From the NCBI GenBank assembly GCA_913044115.1, contig CAJWNO010000003.1, positions 1 to 56,932 on the forward strand: a DNA stretch of 56,932 nucleotides, given 5' to 3'. A program made the position numbers and the translations under genes. The DNA comes from an uncultured Gammaproteobacteria bacterium (GTDB lineage: Bacteria; Pseudomonadota; Gammaproteobacteria; Magnimaribacterales; TMED112). The stretch's first letter is position 1. Each line of letters starts with the position of its first letter. This document shows, one piece after another, positions 27,032 to 35,977 of this stretch. Below the pieces are notes generated by a model. The model saw nothing but the letters and a program-made list of their open reading frames with translations, was not told where the DNA came from and made no database searches.

Positions 27032-30000
27032 TCAGGTTTTTTTCCTGATTAGATGTTACCTTTTTAGCTTTGATATTCCTATCAGATTCAAAACTAAATA
27101 ATCGACTTATTATTCTTGCCCTTTTTTGTTTAGGCGCATTAATTTTTTTTCTAAAATTTAAGTAAGCTTTTTCTCTAACTGGACCATAGCCTTTTACATC
27201 TCTTGAAGCTGCCACCAGCTCAATAAGTTTTTTGCTTTTTTGTCCTGCAATTAGATTGTCTATCTCTTTTAATTTTCTCTTAAATAATTCTTTATGTTCT
27301 ATATCTTGTTTTCTATCAGCTGTAAGACGCAATGGGTCAAAAATTGTACCCCTTAAGAATGTCAAAGCTTTAAGGATCTTAAATATTGGCATTGCTACAT
27401 ATGCTGGTATTGCAATTTTTATAGGTCGGCCAGTTCTTTTATCTTTTATGAAAGAAATCATAGGAGGCGATAAATAGAATTTTAAGTTGTTCCAAGCCGA
27501 GAAATTTTCATTTAATATCTTTTCTGTATTTTCTATATGCATTCGAGCAACTTCGTATTCATCTTTTATAGCAAAAACTCTATAAAGCTCTTTTATTGCG
27601 TCTTTACTTATTGATTCTGTTTCTATTTCTTGTGACAAAATTTGATCAATAAGATTTTTATTATTTATGAAATCAGCAACTACTTTTTTATCATATTTAG
27701 TAATTCTTTCTAACCTATCTTCAAAAAGCTCAACTGAATTTAAGTTTTTTACTGCATCTTTATTTAAAAATTCAAAAATTTCATGATTAGGATTTATTGT
27801 GAAGAGCCTTCCAAGGTTGAAGTTATAAACATTTCTTTCTATCCCTACCCCATTTAATTCTATTGCTTTTATGATATTTTCAGCTTTGATTGGAATTAAC
27901 CCATTTTGATAAGCACTTCCTAACATAAGCATATTAGTCCCAATAGCATCACCGGATAGCTCCTCGGATATCTTTATAGCCGGTACAAATGAAACTATAT
28001 CTTTAGTTGTGTTCTCAAGCATTTTAAGTACATCGTTGTTTTTGAAATCTAGATCTCTTTTGGTAACAAAATCTGCTACTGGAATAGTATTGCTATTTAA
28101 AACTGTCAGTGTCTTCTCTTTTGAAACAACTTCTTGAATCTCTGGTTTTGTTCCTACTACACCATCACATGCAAGCAATATATCGGCTGCTCCTGGAGAT
28201 ATTTTTTGACTAAATGGTGTAACTCCCTGCTCATAAATTTTAATATGTGACCAAACAGCGCCACCCTTTTGAGCAAGGCCTGTCATATCAAGTACTGATG
28301 AATCTTTACCTTCATAATGAGCCGCATAAGCAAGAATTGCTGATATTGTTAAAACCCCGGTTCCACCGATACCTGTAAGCATAATATTTGCCACCTCACT
28401 ATCATTAAGCATTTTTGGTTCGGGAAATTCTCCTAAATCCTTAAAATCAGTATTTTTCTTTATTTCAGCATCAACAGTTACGAATGATGGGCAAAAACCC
28501 TTTATACATGAATAGTCCTTGTTGCAGTTTGATTGGTTAATTTTTCTTTTTCTGCCAAGATCTGTTTCGAGAGGTTCAATTGAGACACAACTTGATTGAA
28601 TTGAACAGTCGCCACAACCCTCACAAACTTCCTTATTGATCACAACCCTTTTTTTTGGGTCTTCCATCAATCCTCTTTTTCTTCTTCTTCTTTTTTCAGC
28701 TGCACAGGTTTGATCAAAAATTAGTACACTTACTCCTTCAAACTTACTTAATTCTTCCTGCTCAATAACTATAGAATCTCTGTGAAGGCTTTTAACACCG
28801 TTACCAACTAAATGATTATATTTTTTTGGGTCTTGCGATAGGATTGAGACTTTTTTGACACCTTCTGCTTGTACTTGTTTCACAATACCTTCAACATCCC
28901 AGTTTCCACCTATCTCTTGTCCACCGGTCATAGCAACAGCATCGTTATACAAGATCTTATAAGTAATGTTAACGTTTGCATCTAATGATGCTCTGATAGC
29001 TAATATTCCTGAGTGTTTATAAGTGCCATCACCAAGATTTGCAAATACATGCTTTTCTTTTGAAAAAGGTGCGATACCTATCCACGGTGTTCCTTCACCC
29101 CCCATTTGAGTAAAGAATTCTGTGCCTTCTACTGAATCAACTGCCATGTAGTGACAACCTATTCCTCCAAGAGCTCTTTTGCCTTCTGGTAGTTTCAGTG
29201 AAGAATTATGTGGACAACCAGAACAAAAGAATGGTTTTCTAATGATTGGAGCCTCATGATTTTTTTGCTCTTCTGCTCTTTTCTTGAACCACTCAAGATT
29301 TTTGAGTAATTCAGGATCACCAGTTATTTCATGAAGTCTTGTTGATATAGCTTCAACAATTGTCTGAAGTGGGAGATCATTTTCTGCGGGCAATAACCAA
29401 CTACCGTATTCATCTTGTTTACCAATTACGGTAGGCCTTACATTTTCTTTCCAATTATAAAGCTGCCATTTAACTTGGTGTTCTATTAGTTCTCTTTTTT
29501 CTTCAACAACTAATACAGTATCTAGACCCTCACAAAACTCTCTCACACCATGTGGTTCAAGTGGCCAAGGCATGCCTACTTTGTAAATACAGATGCCAAG
29601 CTCACGTGCTTTTTCCTCATTTATATTCAACCATCTAAGGGCTTCTCGGACATCATTGTAAGATTTACCTGCAGTAATAATCCCCATTTTTGAATTACTA
29701 TCTTTCCATAAAGGGACATCAATTTTGTTTGCTCTAACGAACTCTTGAGCTGCAAACCCTTTAGCTCGTTGCAATCTATAATCTTGTTCTCGCGGTGTAT
29801 CGGTATATAAAATATTTCTTGGAAGATCTTTGTATTCGCCAAGGAAATTTTCGCTAGGAATAATAATTGGTGAATTCTCAATCTCGGTATCATACCTTTT
29901 ACCGGAGTCGGCTACATCTGAAACTATCTTAAAGCCTGTCCAGCAGCCACTATATCTACTCATTGCAATGCCCAGAAGGCCAAACCTTATGATTTCTTCA

Positions 30001-30524
30001 ACTCCAGATGGATATAAATAAGGCATGAAAGCACTCATAAAGTTATGGTCTGATTGATGGGGCAAAGTTGATGATTTTGCAGCATGATCGTCACCAGCTA
30101 TTGCTAAAACACCTCCATGCTTAGAGGAACCTGCCGCATTAGCATGCTTAAACACATCCATGGTTCTATCCATACCTGGGCCTTTACCATACCAGATACC
30201 AAATACACCATCTTTTTCTCCCCTATCTTTAAATTCGCCTTGTTGTGAACCCCATACTGCGGTAGCACCTAACTCTTCATTTAGCCCGGGTTGATGAAAA
30301 ATTGATTTTTCTTGCAAATATTTCTGTGCTCGGCTAAGTTCCAAGTCATACCCACCCAGAGGTGAGCCTTTATAACCAGATATAAAGCCACCTGTATTAA
30401 GATTATTTTTAGCATCAAGGTCTTTTTGGATGAGTGGAAGCCTGACAAGTGCTTGTATGCCAGTGAGAAAGATTTTTCCTTCCCTTTGGGTGTACTTATC
30501 GCTTAGAGAAATTTTCTTTTGCAA
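27024..30524 (-). CDS. Indolepyruvate:ferredoxin oxidoreductase family protein (fused alpha/beta, IorAB-like)
   Basis: 1166 aa. TTG start with AGGAG 8 nt upstream. N-terminus DKYTQREGKIFLTGIQALVRLPL, a TPP-binding region and a 4Fe-4S cysteine cluster (CEGCGDCSIQSSC). Confidence 0.9.
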   Translation of the reverse strand: MQKKISLSDKYTQREGKIFLTGIQALVRLPLIQKDLDAKNNLNTGGFISGYKGSPLGGYDLELSRAQKYLQEKSIFHQPGLNEELGATAVWGSQQGEFKDRGEKDGVFGIWYGKGPGMDRTMDVFKHANAAGSSKHGGVLAIAGDDHAAKSSTLPHQSDHNFMSAFMPYLYPSGVEEIIRFGLLGIAMSRYSGCWTGFKIVSDVADSGKRYDTEIENSPIIIPSENFLGEYKDLPRNILYTDTPREQDYRLQRAKGFAAQEFVRANKIDVPLWKDSNSKMGIITAGKSYNDVREALRWLNINEEKARELGICIYKVGMPWPLEPHGVREFCEGLDTVLVVEEKRELIEHQVKWQLYNWKENVRPTVIGKQDEYGSWLLPAENDLPLQTIVEAISTRLHEITGDPELLKNLEWFKKRAEEQKNHEAPIIRKPFFCSGCPHNSSLKLPEGKRALGGIGCHYMAVDSVEGTEFFTQMGGEGTPWIGIAPFSKEKHVFANLGDGTYKHSGILAIRASLDANVNITYKILYNDAVAMTGGQEIGGNWDVEGIVKQVQAEGVKKVSILSQDPKKYNHLVGNGVKSLHRDSIVIEQEELSKFEGVSVLIFDQTCAAEKRRRRKRGLMEDPKKRVVINKEVCEGCGDCSIQSSCVSIEPLETDLGRKRKINQSNCNKDYSCIKGFCPSFVTVDAEIKKNTDFKDLGEFPEPKMLNDSEVANIMLTGIGGTGVLTISAILAYAAHYEGKDSSVLDMTGLAQKGGAVWSHIKIYEQGVTPFSQKISPGAADILLACDGVVGTKPEIQEVVSKEKTLTVLNSNTIPVADFVTKRDLDFKNNDVLKMLENTTKDIVSFVPAIKISEELSGDAIGTNMLMLGSAYQNGLIPIKAENIIKAIELNGVGIERNVYNFNLGRLFTINPNHEIFEFLNKDAVKNLNSVELFEDRLERITKYDKKVVADFINNKNLIDQILSQEIETESISKDAIKELYRVFAIKDEYEVARMHIENTEKILNENFSAWNNLKFYLSPPMISFIKDKRTGRPIKIAIPAYVAMPIFKILKALTFLRGTIFDPLRLTADRKQDIEHKELFKRKLKEIDNLIAGQKSKKLIELVAASRDVKGYGPVREKAYLNFRKKINAPKQKRARIISRLFSFESDRNIKAKKVTSNQEKNLND

Positions 30525-30636
30525 CTTTTACTCCTATGGAAAACCATATTTAAGCTTCTAAATTATAAACTTTCTAAGAGATTTATGCTCTTTTTTGGAT
30601 TTTTGAAGATTACACCCAATAATTTAAACAAGAATT

Positions 30637-31053
30637 TTAGAGATCGCCTTCTTTTCTTACTTCACTTCTAGTAACTTCGAACTTTTCTCCATACCTGGCT
30701 TCTAATTTTTCTTGGTTTTCGCTAATAACCTCAAATGGGTCAAGCTCCAATGCAGCACACGCCGTTACCCAGTACCACATAATGTCACCAAGCTCTCTTT
30801 TCATATGGAAAATATTTTCTTCTGAAGGTGGCTTACCTTGAAGAAACATTTTTTTTACTATTTCAACGAATTCACCAGATTCACTTCCTAAGCCAAGAGC
30901 AGCTGTAAGCAGTCTTGCTGACTTTACTGGTGAATTTTTTTCAATATCTTGCAAGCTATCCTTTAGAGCCTCTAAATCTAAACTTGGTTCGCTTGTAACT
31001 TTAGTAACAAAATCACTATAAGTTGAAAAGAATTCTTTTACTTCTTTGCTCAT
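30637..31053 (-). CDS. MazG-like nucleoside triphosphate pyrophosphohydrolase
   Basis: 138 aa all-alpha protein with EXXE-type motifs (ESGEFVEIVKK, ELGDIMWY). Confidence 0.7.
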   Translation of the reverse strand: MSKEVKEFFSTYSDFVTKVTSEPSLDLEALKDSLQDIEKNSPVKSARLLTAALGLGSESGEFVEIVKKMFLQGKPPSEENIFHMKRELGDIMWYWVTACAALELDPFEVISENQEKLEARYGEKFEVTRSEVRKEGDL

Positions 31054-31062
31054 ATAATTTCC

Positions 31063-31782
31063 TTAAAATTTTTCCATGTAAGGTCTCAAATCTAATTCAT
31101 GAGTCCATGCAGTTTTTTCCTGTAAATGTAGATTGTAATATGCTTCGGCAATATGATCAGGATTTAATATCCCATCAACCTCTTTAAGCTTATAGATATC
31201 AGGGAAATTTTCTTTAATCCAAGGATGATCAATAGCTCCATCAATGATGGTATGCACAACATGAATGCCTTTAGGCCCTAATTCTCTGGCAAGAGATTGT
31301 GCTACTGCTCTTAGACCAAATTTAGCTGAAGAAAAAGCGGCAAAGCCAGCTCCTCCTCTTTTTGATGCAGTAGCTCCCGTAAATATTATTGTTCCTTTGT
31401 CTTTCAAATGTTTTGCAGCCTCTCTTCCAACAAGGAAACCTGCAAATGTAGCCATTTCCCAAACTTTTCTAAAAACTCTAGAAGTGGTCTCCTCAATAGA
31501 AAAAAATACATTAGCTCCAATATTGAAAACAACACAATCAATTGAACCTGATTTTGATACTTCAGAAAATAGATTTTTAACCTGTTCTTCATCTCTTGCA
31601 TCAGCTGGTATTGCTGTTGCTAAGCCCCCGTTATCTTTTATTTCATCACAAAGAGAGTTTAATTCTTGGGAATGCCTCTCTCTTCTTACAGCAAAAACAT
31701 GATGGCCCTCTTTTGCAAATTTTTTGGCTAAACTAGAGCCAAGTCCTGGCCCTGCACCGATAATAATCACTGATCCTTTCAA
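31063..31782 (-). CDS. Short-chain dehydrogenase/reductase family protein (catalytic Tyr position occupied by Phe)
   Basis: 239 aa. Rossmann GAGPGLG. The expected YxxxK reads F150-SSA-K154. Confidence 0.8.
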   Translation of the reverse strand: MKGSVIIIGAGPGLGSSLAKKFAKEGHHVFAVRRERHSQELNSLCDEIKDNGGLATAIPADARDEEQVKNLFSEVSKSGSIDCVVFNIGANVFFSIEETTSRVFRKVWEMATFAGFLVGREAAKHLKDKGTIIFTGATASKRGGAGFAAFSSAKFGLRAVAQSLARELGPKGIHVVHTIIDGAIDHPWIKENFPDIYKLKEVDGILNPDHIAEAYYNLHLQEKTAWTHELDLRPYMEKF

Positions 31783-31837
31783 AACTATTCCAAAAATTAA
31801 ATTTCGTCTAAGATTATATTAATCTAGTTGATACAAA

Positions 31838-32431
31838 ATGTTGAAAATAAAATTTGTCTATGACATTGCAAGCCCTAACGGTTATTTATGCCACAAAGTT
31901 ATTCCTGACTTTGAAGCAAAACATTCAGTTAAGTTTGATTATTTCATTTGTCTGCTTGGTGGTATTCATAAATTGACCAACAACACACCGCCTCTAATTG
32001 CTTATGCAGAAATACCAAATAAAAGTTCTTATTTTATGAAGGAAATTGAACGATTTGAGAAGTTTCATAAAATTGAAAATTTTCAGATGAATCCTCATTT
32101 TCCAATTAACACACTAACTATTCAAAGAGCTGCCCTTGTGGCAGAGGAAAGAGGCATTCTTATGGATTATGTCGATGTTATTGCAAAAGGTATGTGGGAA
32201 GAAAAGCTTAATTTAGGTGATAAAGATATATTGATTAATTACTTAAATGAAAATGGTTTGGAAGGTTCAGATATTATTGAACAAACTTCGAATGATGTAA
32301 TTAAGCAAAAACTTATTAAAAATACAGAAGAAGCAGTAGCAATGGGAGCTTTTGGTGTTCCTACTTTCTTTATTGATAGAGAAATGTTTTGGGGTAAAGA
32401 AGCTCTGAGAGAAATGCCTGATTATTTTTAA
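31838..32431 (+). CDS. DsbA-family 2-hydroxychromene-2-carboxylate isomerase-like protein
   Basis: 197 aa. N-terminus FVYDIASPNGYL and C-terminus GAFGVPTFFI are typical of the HCCA isomerase/DsbA-like thioredoxin-fold family. Confidence 0.75.
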   Translation: MLKIKFVYDIASPNGYLCHKVIPDFEAKHSVKFDYFICLLGGIHKLTNNTPPLIAYAEIPNKSSYFMKEIERFEKFHKIENFQMNPHFPINTLTIQRAALVAEERGILMDYVDVIAKGMWEEKLNLGDKDILINYLNENGLEGSDIIEQTSNDVIKQKLIKNTEEAVAMGAFGVPTFFIDREMFWGKEALREMPDYF

Positions 32432-33315
32432 CTTATAGAAAGTATTGTTTTGGCTATTAATGTTGGCTGATTTTCTTGAGAGAAGTGACCAGCATTAATT
32501 CTTTGATGATTCATACCTTTAGCTCCAGCAATCTTTTCAATAATATATTTATCACCATCTTTAAAAGACGCGTCGTGTTCCCCAAATATTGCTACTGTAG
32601 GTCTATCAAACTTTTTTAGAACTTCCCAAGCTTTAATGTTTTCTTCTACTTCAGCGTGTTCTTTCGTAATAGGCACAATTGTAGGAAATACTCTTGCTGC
32701 AACCTTAAATGAATCGTCTGGAAAAGGAGCGTTATATGCATCTATTTCAAAATCATCTAATGCTTTAAGACTTCCTTGATAGACAATCTTTCCTGCATTG
32801 AAATCTTCTACCGTTTGGCTGTAATTTAACCACTGTTTAAAGCCTTCAGATGCTCCAGATCCAACAGGTAAACCGGAATTAGACACCACTAGTCCAGAAA
32901 ATTTTTCTGGATTTTCTGCCAATATCCTTAATCCTATTAAACCTCCCCAATCCTGTGCAAACAAAACAACATTATCTAGCTGCAAATATTCAAAAAGTTG
33001 TGAAACCCACATAATGTGATTTGCGTAAGTATAATCATCCTTGTCTGTAAGCTTATCTGATTTACCAAAACCAATAAGATCAGGTGCAATAACTCTTTTA
33101 CCCGCTTTGGTAAGTATTGGAATAATGTGCCTGTATAAGTAACACCAAGTTGGCTCTCCATGTAAAAGCAATACCACATCATCAGATTCTTTATTCTCAT
33201 CTAGAAAATGCATGCGCAGATTTTGTCCGTTATAACTAGATTCAAAATAATTTGGTTTAAAGTCAAAGTCCTTTAGATTCTCGAATCTTGCTTCAGGAGT
33301 TCTTAAAACAGTCAT
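32428..33315 (-). CDS. Haloalkane dehalogenase (DhlA-like, HLD-I type)
   Basis: 295 aa. HGEPTWCYLYRHIIP, nucleophile Asp-Trp in FAQDWGG, and C-terminal catalytic His in NAGHFSQE. Confidence 0.85.
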   Translation of the reverse strand: MTVLRTPEARFENLKDFDFKPNYFESSYNGQNLRMHFLDENKESDDVVLLLHGEPTWCYLYRHIIPILTKAGKRVIAPDLIGFGKSDKLTDKDDYTYANHIMWVSQLFEYLQLDNVVLFAQDWGGLIGLRILAENPEKFSGLVVSNSGLPVGSGASEGFKQWLNYSQTVEDFNAGKIVYQGSLKALDDFEIDAYNAPFPDDSFKVAARVFPTIVPITKEHAEVEENIKAWEVLKKFDRPTVAIFGEHDASFKDGDKYIIEKIAGAKGMNHQRINAGHFSQENQPTLIAKTILSIS

Positions 33316-33953
33316 ATATCTATTCTAGTGAAATAATTTATTCCTTTCTTAGAGTCTTTAGATTTTTCAAGCATTAATTTTGCAATATCAGTTGCTTTAA
33401 CATTTTTAAATTTTGCTAGGGGGCCAACTAAAAAATTTCCAGTAGCATTAGTAATGTCTTCAAATAGTTTCACATCATGGCCTATTGGCTTTTCCCTTTC
33501 TCCCAATAAATGGCTTGGTTGAATAATATTAAGTACTTCAAAGTTTAGATCTTTCAGCTTCTCCTCCATTAAACCTTTAATCTTAAGATAATAATTAAAA
33601 GAGTTTTTGTTTGCCCCAACTGCTGAAACAACTGTGACACTTTTAACGCCTATTTTTTTTGCTTTTTCAGCAAGACTAGTTACATATTCATAGTCGACTT
33701 TGTAAAAAAGTTTTTTTACTGATTTGCGCATAATCACAAGATCTAAGAGTTCTACAGGAAAGCCAAGACATATGAATAAATGATCAGCAGGTGGTAAGTC
33801 ATAATCGCTATCAAAATCGACCAATTTTTCTTGTACGTTATTTGCGAAACTAAAATTTCTTCTAGCTAAAGCAACCACTTTATTTTCCTGAGGGATTATA
33901 TTTATAAGACTTTTTCCGATAAGTCCTGTTGAACCTGCTACAACATACTTCAT
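33312..33953 (-). CDS. NAD(P)H-binding (atypical SDR / HTATIP2-like) protein
   Basis: 213 aa. N-terminal VAGSTGLIGKSL Rossmann motif. ATGA-type overlap with the dehalogenase gene. Confidence 0.7.
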   Translation of the reverse strand: MKYVVAGSTGLIGKSLINIIPQENKVVALARRNFSFANNVQEKLVDFDSDYDLPPADHLFICLGFPVELLDLVIMRKSVKKLFYKVDYEYVTSLAEKAKKIGVKSVTVVSAVGANKNSFNYYLKIKGLMEEKLKDLNFEVLNIIQPSHLLGEREKPIGHDVKLFEDITNATGNFLVGPLAKFKNVKATDIAKLMLEKSKDSKKGINYFTRIDI

Positions 33954-33992
33954 ATAGGTATATATATAAGGATAATAATTTTTTTCAATTGT

Positions 33993-34253
33993 ATGACTAA
34001 GTTTAACAAAGAAGATATTTCAAGAATCATTGAGATGGCATGGGAAGATAGAACTCCTTTTGAAGCAATAATGCAGGAGTTCAACTTAAATCAATCTCAA
34101 GTTAAAAAACTTTTAAAAAAAGAGCTAAGTTCTGGGTCTTTTCTAGCATGGAAAAAGAGAGTAAAGGGAAGAAAAACTAAACACGAATCTTTGAGAGGGT
34201 TCAAGGTTGGCCGCCATCAATCTTATGACAACAATAAATTTAAGTCTAAGTAG
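33993..34253 (+). CDS. TIGR03643/DUF2805-family small protein
   Basis: 86 aa. IIEMAWEDRTPFEAI matches the conserved core of this family (by recall). Confidence 0.6.
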   Translation: MTKFNKEDISRIIEMAWEDRTPFEAIMQEFNLNQSQVKKLLKKELSSGSFLAWKKRVKGRKTKHESLRGFKVGRHQSYDNNKFKSK

Positions 34254-34258
34254 AAAGC

Positions 34259-34624
34259 CTAAGCCTTCTTCACAATAAATAATAAGAATGCTGCAACAAC
34301 TAACTCAACTATAATTTTGTCAGCTGAAAAATCGGCACCATGAAACAAGTATGCGATAGTTCTAGAAACTGCTGCCAAACTTAGTAATGCTATAGGAGCA
34401 TAAAACCAATGCTTCTGCTTTGTATAAGCTCCCAAAAGTATGAAACTTCCTAGAACAAGAAAAAAACTACCTATATCACCAATCTGAGTGCTTAAGCCAG
34501 CTCCGGATAACAATGACATTCCCAATGCTTCTGCTGAAGCAGCTGGAGCAATAAGCCACATAATCCCATTAATAAAGAAAAGAAAACCGGCTGTAAAAGT
34601 TACTATATTTAAAATTCTATCCAT
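34259..34624 (-). CDS. Small 4-TM membrane protein (distantly similar to the DUF4345-like protein at 25979)
   Basis: 121 aa. Same size and topology as 25979..26365, and alignable in the segment P...G(L/M)S...G...F.LG. Confidence 0.5.
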   Translation of the reverse strand: MDRILNIVTFTAGFLFFINGIMWLIAPAASAEALGMSLLSGAGLSTQIGDIGSFFLVLGSFILLGAYTKQKHWFYAPIALLSLAAVSRTIAYLFHGADFSADKIIVELVVAAFLLFIVKKA

Positions 34625-34670
34625 AACTTATCCTCGAAGAAATCAAGAAAAGTGTCAAATTTTTAGGGCC

Positions 34671-34889
34671 TTAAATTTTGGGAAGCTGGAAGATATCTTC
34701 AACTGAGCATTTCAAGACTTTTGCTATTTTTAAAGCCAGAACAGCAGATGGAACATAAACACCATTCTCTATGGAGTTGATGCTCACTCTAGAAACGCCA
34801 GCTTTTTCTGAAAGTGCCTGCTGGGTTAGGCCAGCAGACATACGGATAGTTTCTAAATTATTGAGGAGTTTTCTATGGTCTTTGCCCAA
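34671..34889 (-). CDS. XRE/Cro-family small HTH transcriptional regulator
   Basis: 72 aa. TTG start. GLTQQALSEKAGVSRVSINSIENGVYVPSAVLALKIAKVLKCSVEDIF is a canonical single-domain HTH_XRE. Confidence 0.8.
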   Translation of the reverse strand: MGKDHRKLLNNLETIRMSAGLTQQALSEKAGVSRVSINSIENGVYVPSAVLALKIAKVLKCSVEDIFQLPKI

Positions 34890-34900
34890 AATGCGCTCGT

Positions 34901-35404
34901 TTATCTTTTCTCAAAATCTTCAACTGCTTTATTGATCTCTTCACTCTCTCTTGGGTAAAGGTAGCCAGCAATAATTAAACCTATGCCAATTGTAAAAACT
35001 AGTGCACCAACACCTTTTAAAATTGAACCTAGGAAAAACTCACCAAATAGATATAAGCCGATCCCTGTAAAAGAAGTAGTTACCCCATCTCTTCTATAAT
35101 CACGCGGACTCTTTTTCTCTTCTTTAAAACTTTTTAATAAGTCTTCAACAACATCTGGATCTTCAACATTCTTACTTACTTCAATTAATGCGTTGTATTT
35201 ATCTCGATTTTCTTTTGCTTGGAAGTAAAAGACTATAAACACAATAATAATCGGTAAAAGTATACCCATATAAGGAATACCAAGCGCTAAAACACCATGC
35301 AACCAGCCATCAGCAGCATGAGCTGTTTCAATTTCAAAGCTACTATCTATGTTCGGATCTAGGATAGATTCTTCAAGTATTTGAGTTTTTTCTTGTAAAT
35401 TCAT
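34901..35404 (-). CDS. Membrane protein of unknown function, first gene of the XRE operon
   Basis: 167 aa. Strong SD (AAAGGAGAG) 6 nt before the ATG. Hydrophobic blocks flank a charged central segment (KENRDKYNALIEVSKNVEDPD...). Confidence 0.55.
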   Translation of the reverse strand: MNLQEKTQILEESILDPNIDSSFEIETAHAADGWLHGVLALGIPYMGILLPIIIVFIVFYFQAKENRDKYNALIEVSKNVEDPDVVEDLLKSFKEEKKSPRDYRRDGVTTSFTGIGLYLFGEFFLGSILKGVGALVFTIGIGLIIAGYLYPRESEEINKAVEDFEKR

Positions 35405-35423
35405 TTTTGCTCTCCTTTCATAG

Positions 35424-35468
35424 TGTAAAGTATACTTAACATTAATATAATGTAAAGCAAACTTTACA
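35424..35468 (-). promoter_or_regulatory. Predicted promoter overlapped by two operator-like inverted repeats (TGTAAAG-N4-CTT[T/A]ACA)
   Basis: 35424-35441 is TGTAAAGTATACTTAACA. 35451-35468 is TGTAAAGCAAACTTTACA. On the minus strand they contain TTTACA (-35-like) and TATACT (-10-like), 16 nt apart. Confidence 0.45.
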
Positions 35469-35509
35469 ATAATTTTAGATTATTAAGAGAACCAACTCGC
35501 GATCTAGAA

Positions 35510-35968
35510 TTAAATTTTATCTTCTTCAAGAAAAAATACGACTGAATACCCTTTTCTTTCAAGACAAGCTTCTAAATTTTTATATTCGCCTAGCTCTGAT
35601 ACTGCATCAGCAGAAGCATATGTAGCCCAACTACCAGCTGTAAAAATTGCAACTCCTGGTAGTAAAAGTGATGAGACCCAACCACCGGTTGTCGCCACAT
35701 CAATTAAGGCTATCAATCCTACTACTCCAAAATAACCACCAACAACTTTCATTGGCACTCTTATGCTTCTAGCTTTACCTTCAACTTCTGCTAAGCAGAT
35801 GTATATATCATCATTCATTAAATCTACTGAACTATTAGGCTCTATTAATACATATGCAGGAGTTCCATCAATGTGCAAAAACTTATTCTTTTCAGGGGCT
35901 GAATCTACGGTATTTACAGCACAAGAGGCTGTTAACAACAATGATAATATTAAGCTAAATCTAAACAT
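35510..35968 (-). CDS. Lipoprotein with a glycine-rich hydrophobic (glycine-zipper-like) segment
   Basis: The start was moved to the internal ATG at 35968 (MFRFSLILSLLLTASC, lipobox LTAS|C). The longer ORF-track start (36007) would overlap tRNA-Leu. Confidence 0.6.
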   Translation of the reverse strand: MFRFSLILSLLLTASCAVNTVDSAPEKNKFLHIDGTPAYVLIEPNSSVDLMNDDIYICLAEVEGKARSIRVPMKVVGGYFGVVGLIALIDVATTGGWVSSLLLPGVAIFTAGSWATYASADAVSELGEYKNLEACLERKGYSVVFFLEEDKI

Positions 35969-35977
35969 TGTTAAAAA

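Noticed and set aside
31265-31702. Long antisense or alternate-frame ORFs inside confident genes (for example 31265..31702, 10215..10631, 17944..18363, 1337..1753, 2014..2364, 15624..15968, 45352..45672, 56567..56929)
   Set aside because: Each lies wholly within a gene with strong family signatures on the other strand or in another frame. Their translations are low-complexity (S/L/F/I-rich) with no recognisable motifs, the typical shadow ORFs of AT-rich coding DNA.
34241-34275. A possible intrinsic terminator in the only convergent junction that has a gap (AAGCCTAAGCCT around 34256-34268)
   Set aside because: The sequence is a tandem AAGCCT direct repeat, not a stem-loop. I could not fold a GC-containing hairpin followed by a T-tract.
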